DNA of 48,910 bases. Origin: Promethearchaeota archaeon (lineage in GTDB: Archaea; Asgardarchaeota; Lokiarchaeia; Sigyniarchaeales; SOKP01). Shown piece by piece: positions 47,048 through 48,910 of this stretch (positions within the stretch are counted from its first letter, which is position 1; the number at the start of each line of letters is the position of its first letter). Below the pieces are notes generated by a model that searched no databases, was not told the origin of the DNA, and saw only the letters and a program-made list of their open reading frames with translations. Both the position numbers and the translations under genes were made by a program. Where the stretch lies: positions 1-48,910 of the forward strand of contig JAEOTA010000082.1 in assembly GCA_016840085.1 (NCBI GenBank), written 5' to 3'.

Positions 47048-48910
47048 TTAGATTACTTCACTTGCGCGTTTCCTTTTGCGTAAGAGGACTACTACGGTCG
47101 CTATTACTGCTATTCCTGCAATAGTTGATATGATTGCGATAAGGATTATCGCGAGAGGAATTCCTTCAGTTCCTTTTCCAATTTTTTCCAAAGTAGCAGG
47201 ATCTACAGCGAGATATGTTTCAAACTGTTTATCTTCATATCCAGAGGCAGATATCGTCATTTTTAGCAGTATGGGATCATCTCCAGAAGCTACTGTTATT
47301 GGTTCTAATGAAACAGAATATAATCCATTCCCGAGATTAACAACGTCATCAGAGACATCAATTCCATTCCACCACATCTGAATTTCAGCTGGATCAATTC
47401 CTTGTCCAGTCTCATCACATACAAAAAAGGTTAAATTAAAGTGTTCGAGTGAATAAGAATGATCAGTTATTTCTATTTGCAATAATTTAAGAATTTCACA
47501 TGGTTCTACAGCGATAAATGTTTCTAAATATTTATCTTCATATCCCGCAGCAGAAATTGTCATGTTAAGTAGAATCGGTTCTTCACCAGATTCCACGGTT
47601 ATTGGTTCTAAAGAAATTAAATAAAATCCATTTCCGAGAATAACAACGTCATCAGAGACCTCTACGCCATTCCACCATATCTGGATTGCAGCTGAATCAA
47701 TCCCCTGTCCAGTATCATTAAATACAAAAAAAGTGAAAATAAAGTGTTCGGGCGAATAAGAATGATCAGTTATTTCTATTTGCAATAATTTAAGAATTTC
47801 ACATGGTTCTACAGCGATAAATGTTTCTAAATATTTGTCATAATAACCTGAAGCAGAGATGGTCATATTAAGTAAGATAGGATCTTCTCCTGAAGCGACT
47901 GTTATTGGCTCCAAAGATATAAAATATAATCCACCTCCAAGGTTTAGAATATCGGTTGAAACATCAGTTCCATTCCACATGATCTGAATTGTAGCTGGAT
48001 CGATTCCTTGTCCAGTATTATTAAATACAAAAAAAGTGAAATTAAAGTGTTCAAGTGAATAAGAATGTTCAATGATCTCTACCTGCAAATATTTGTCTTT
48101 TTTTACCCTTAGGGCATAAATATCACTACTTGTTGTTGCGAAATTTCTATAGTCTTGCCATATGATAATTGCTCCTCCTGCTCCATCGCTACAAATTTGA
48201 GGAGAATATTGATCATCGGTTGCAGTACATATCGCTGTACCGTTTAGTATCCATTGTACATTTCCATTCGAATCGACCCGCTGAGCATAAATATCACTGT
48301 TTCCACTCCTATCGTCTTGCCACGTGATAATTGCTCCTCCTGCTCCATCGCTACATATTTGAGGAAACCCTTGATCACCGGTTGCAGTACATATCGCTGT
48401 ACCGTTAGGTGTCCATTGTACTACTCCATTCGAATCGACCCGCTGAGTATAAACATCCCTGTTTCCACTCCTATCGTCTTTCCATGTGATAATTGCACCC
48501 CCTGCTCCATCGCTACATATTTGAGGAGAGTCTTGATCACCGGTTGCTGTACATATCGCGACTCCATTTGTAGTCCATTGTACTACTCCATTCGAATCGA
48601 CCCGCTGAGTATAAATATCCCTGTTTCCACTCCTATAATCATACCATGTGATAATTGCACCTCCTGCTTCATCACTACAAATTTGAGGATAGTATTGATG
48701 ACCGATTGCTGTACATATCGCTGTACCGTTTAGTATCCATTGTACAACCCCATTCGAATCGATGCGTTGAGTATAAACATCACTGTTTCCACTCCTATAA
48801 TCATACCATGTAATAATTGCTCCTCCTGCTCCATCGCTACAAATTTGAGGAGAATATTGATCATCGGTTGCAGTACATATCGCTGTACCGTTAGGTGTCC
48901 ATTGTACTAC
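47048..48910 (-). CDS. Membrane-anchored surface protein (5' partial): beta-propeller blades, 3 Ig-like repeats, TM and basic tail
   Basis: Frame is open from the window edge through ...DIYALRVKKDKYLQVEII...; the track TTG at 48088 is internal; C-terminus GIPLAIILIAII...LLRKRKR. Confidence 0.9.
   Translation of the reverse strand, partial: VVQWTPNGTAICTATDDQYSPQICSDGAGGAIITWYDYRSGNSDVYTQRIDSNGVVQWILNGTAICTAIGHQYYPQICSDEAGGAIITWYDYRSGNRDIYTQRVDSNGVVQWTTNGVAICTATGDQDSPQICSDGAGGAIITWKDDRSGNRDVYTQRVDSNGVVQWTPNGTAICTATGDQGFPQICSDGAGGAIITWQDDRSGNSDIYAQRVDSNGNVQWILNGTAICTATDDQYSPQICSDGAGGAIIIWQDYRNFATTSSDIYALRVKKDKYLQVEIIEHSYSLEHFNFTFFVFNNTGQGIDPATIQIMWNGTDVSTDILNLGGGLYFISLEPITVASGEDPILLNMTISASGYYDKYLETFIAVEPCEILKLLQIEITDHSYSPEHFIFTFFVFNDTGQGIDSAAIQIWWNGVEVSDDVVILGNGFYLISLEPITVESGEEPILLNMTISAAGYEDKYLETFIAVEPCEILKLLQIEITDHSYSLEHFNLTFFVCDETGQGIDPAEIQMWWNGIDVSDDVVNLGNGLYSVSLEPITVASGDDPILLKMTISASGYEDKQFETYLAVDPATLEKIGKGTEGIPLAIILIAIISTIAGIAVIATVVVLLRKRKRASEVI
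47195..48090 (-). repeat. Three tandem 303-bp (101-aa) Ig-like repeats
   Basis: gaataagaat recurs at 47451, 47754 and 48057; 47451-47533 is identical to 47754-47836. Confidence 0.9.
48113..48910 (-). repeat. Tandem 162-bp (54-aa) coding repeats, about 5 copies in window
   Basis: ataattgc anchor at 48165, 48327, 48489, 48651 and 48813; unit GGAIITWxDxRSGNxDxYxQRVDSNGxVQWxxNGTAICTAxxDQxxPQICSDGA. Confidence 0.95.

Noticed and set aside
3889-47381. Short track ORFs nested in longer genes (e.g. 3889, 13158, 14630, 15732, 16812, 17656, 19388, 22069, 23263, 23282, 26286, 31019, 33359, 34521, 36371, 36894, 40242, 43431, 43733, 44452, 46650, 47076)
   Set aside because: Antisense or alternate-frame shadows of well-supported genes, with no motifs of their own
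48254-48733. 159-aa + strand ORF with repeats
   Set aside because: Antisense shadow of the 162-bp coding repeats of the minus-strand surface protein
48113-48910. Possible CRISPR array or DGR template/variable repeats
   Set aside because: Repeats are contiguous, in-frame and lack unique spacers; differences are not confined to adenines; no reverse transcriptase or cas gene in the window
1-48910. tRNA/rRNA genes, IS elements, selenoprotein read-through
   Set aside because: No GC-rich structured RNA segment, transposase/integrase ORF or motif-interrupting in-frame TGA was seen by eye

Overview
AT-rich archaeal DNA, most consistent with an Asgard (Lokiarchaeia-like) genome. The basis is an actin-family gene, a Rab-like small GTPase, two longin-like proteins, archaeal EndA, PINA and Ski2-type helicase genes, and frequent TTG/GTG starts. 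Most of the window is housekeeping or metabolic: two nitronate monooxygenase/FabK-like paralogs, HycI protease, tandem sirtuins, MFS/APC/ECF/ABC transporters, a GlcD/GlcF pair, PfkB kinase, a ThrC-HTH fusion and FolD. The right end (about 44.2-48.9 kb) is a visibly more GC-rich accessory block. It holds a repeat-built surface protein running off the window and a broken lectin-like + HTH-repeat gene followed by an immunity-like gene. The strongest leads are an actin with a double zinc-ribbon insertion and substituted catalytic residues, the polymorphic-toxin-like relic, tandem SIRT6/7-like sirtuins, an SSUH2-like protein, a 1767-aa FG-GAP-like surface protein coupled to an ABC exporter, and a PLP enzyme-HTH fusion beside an ECF S gene. 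Corrections to the supplied ORF track: 15475..16953 and 16976..18139 are on the + strand, and the 47048 ORF is open to the window edge. I found no tRNA, rRNA, CRISPR array or transposase. All family assignments come from motif recognition by eye, not database searches.
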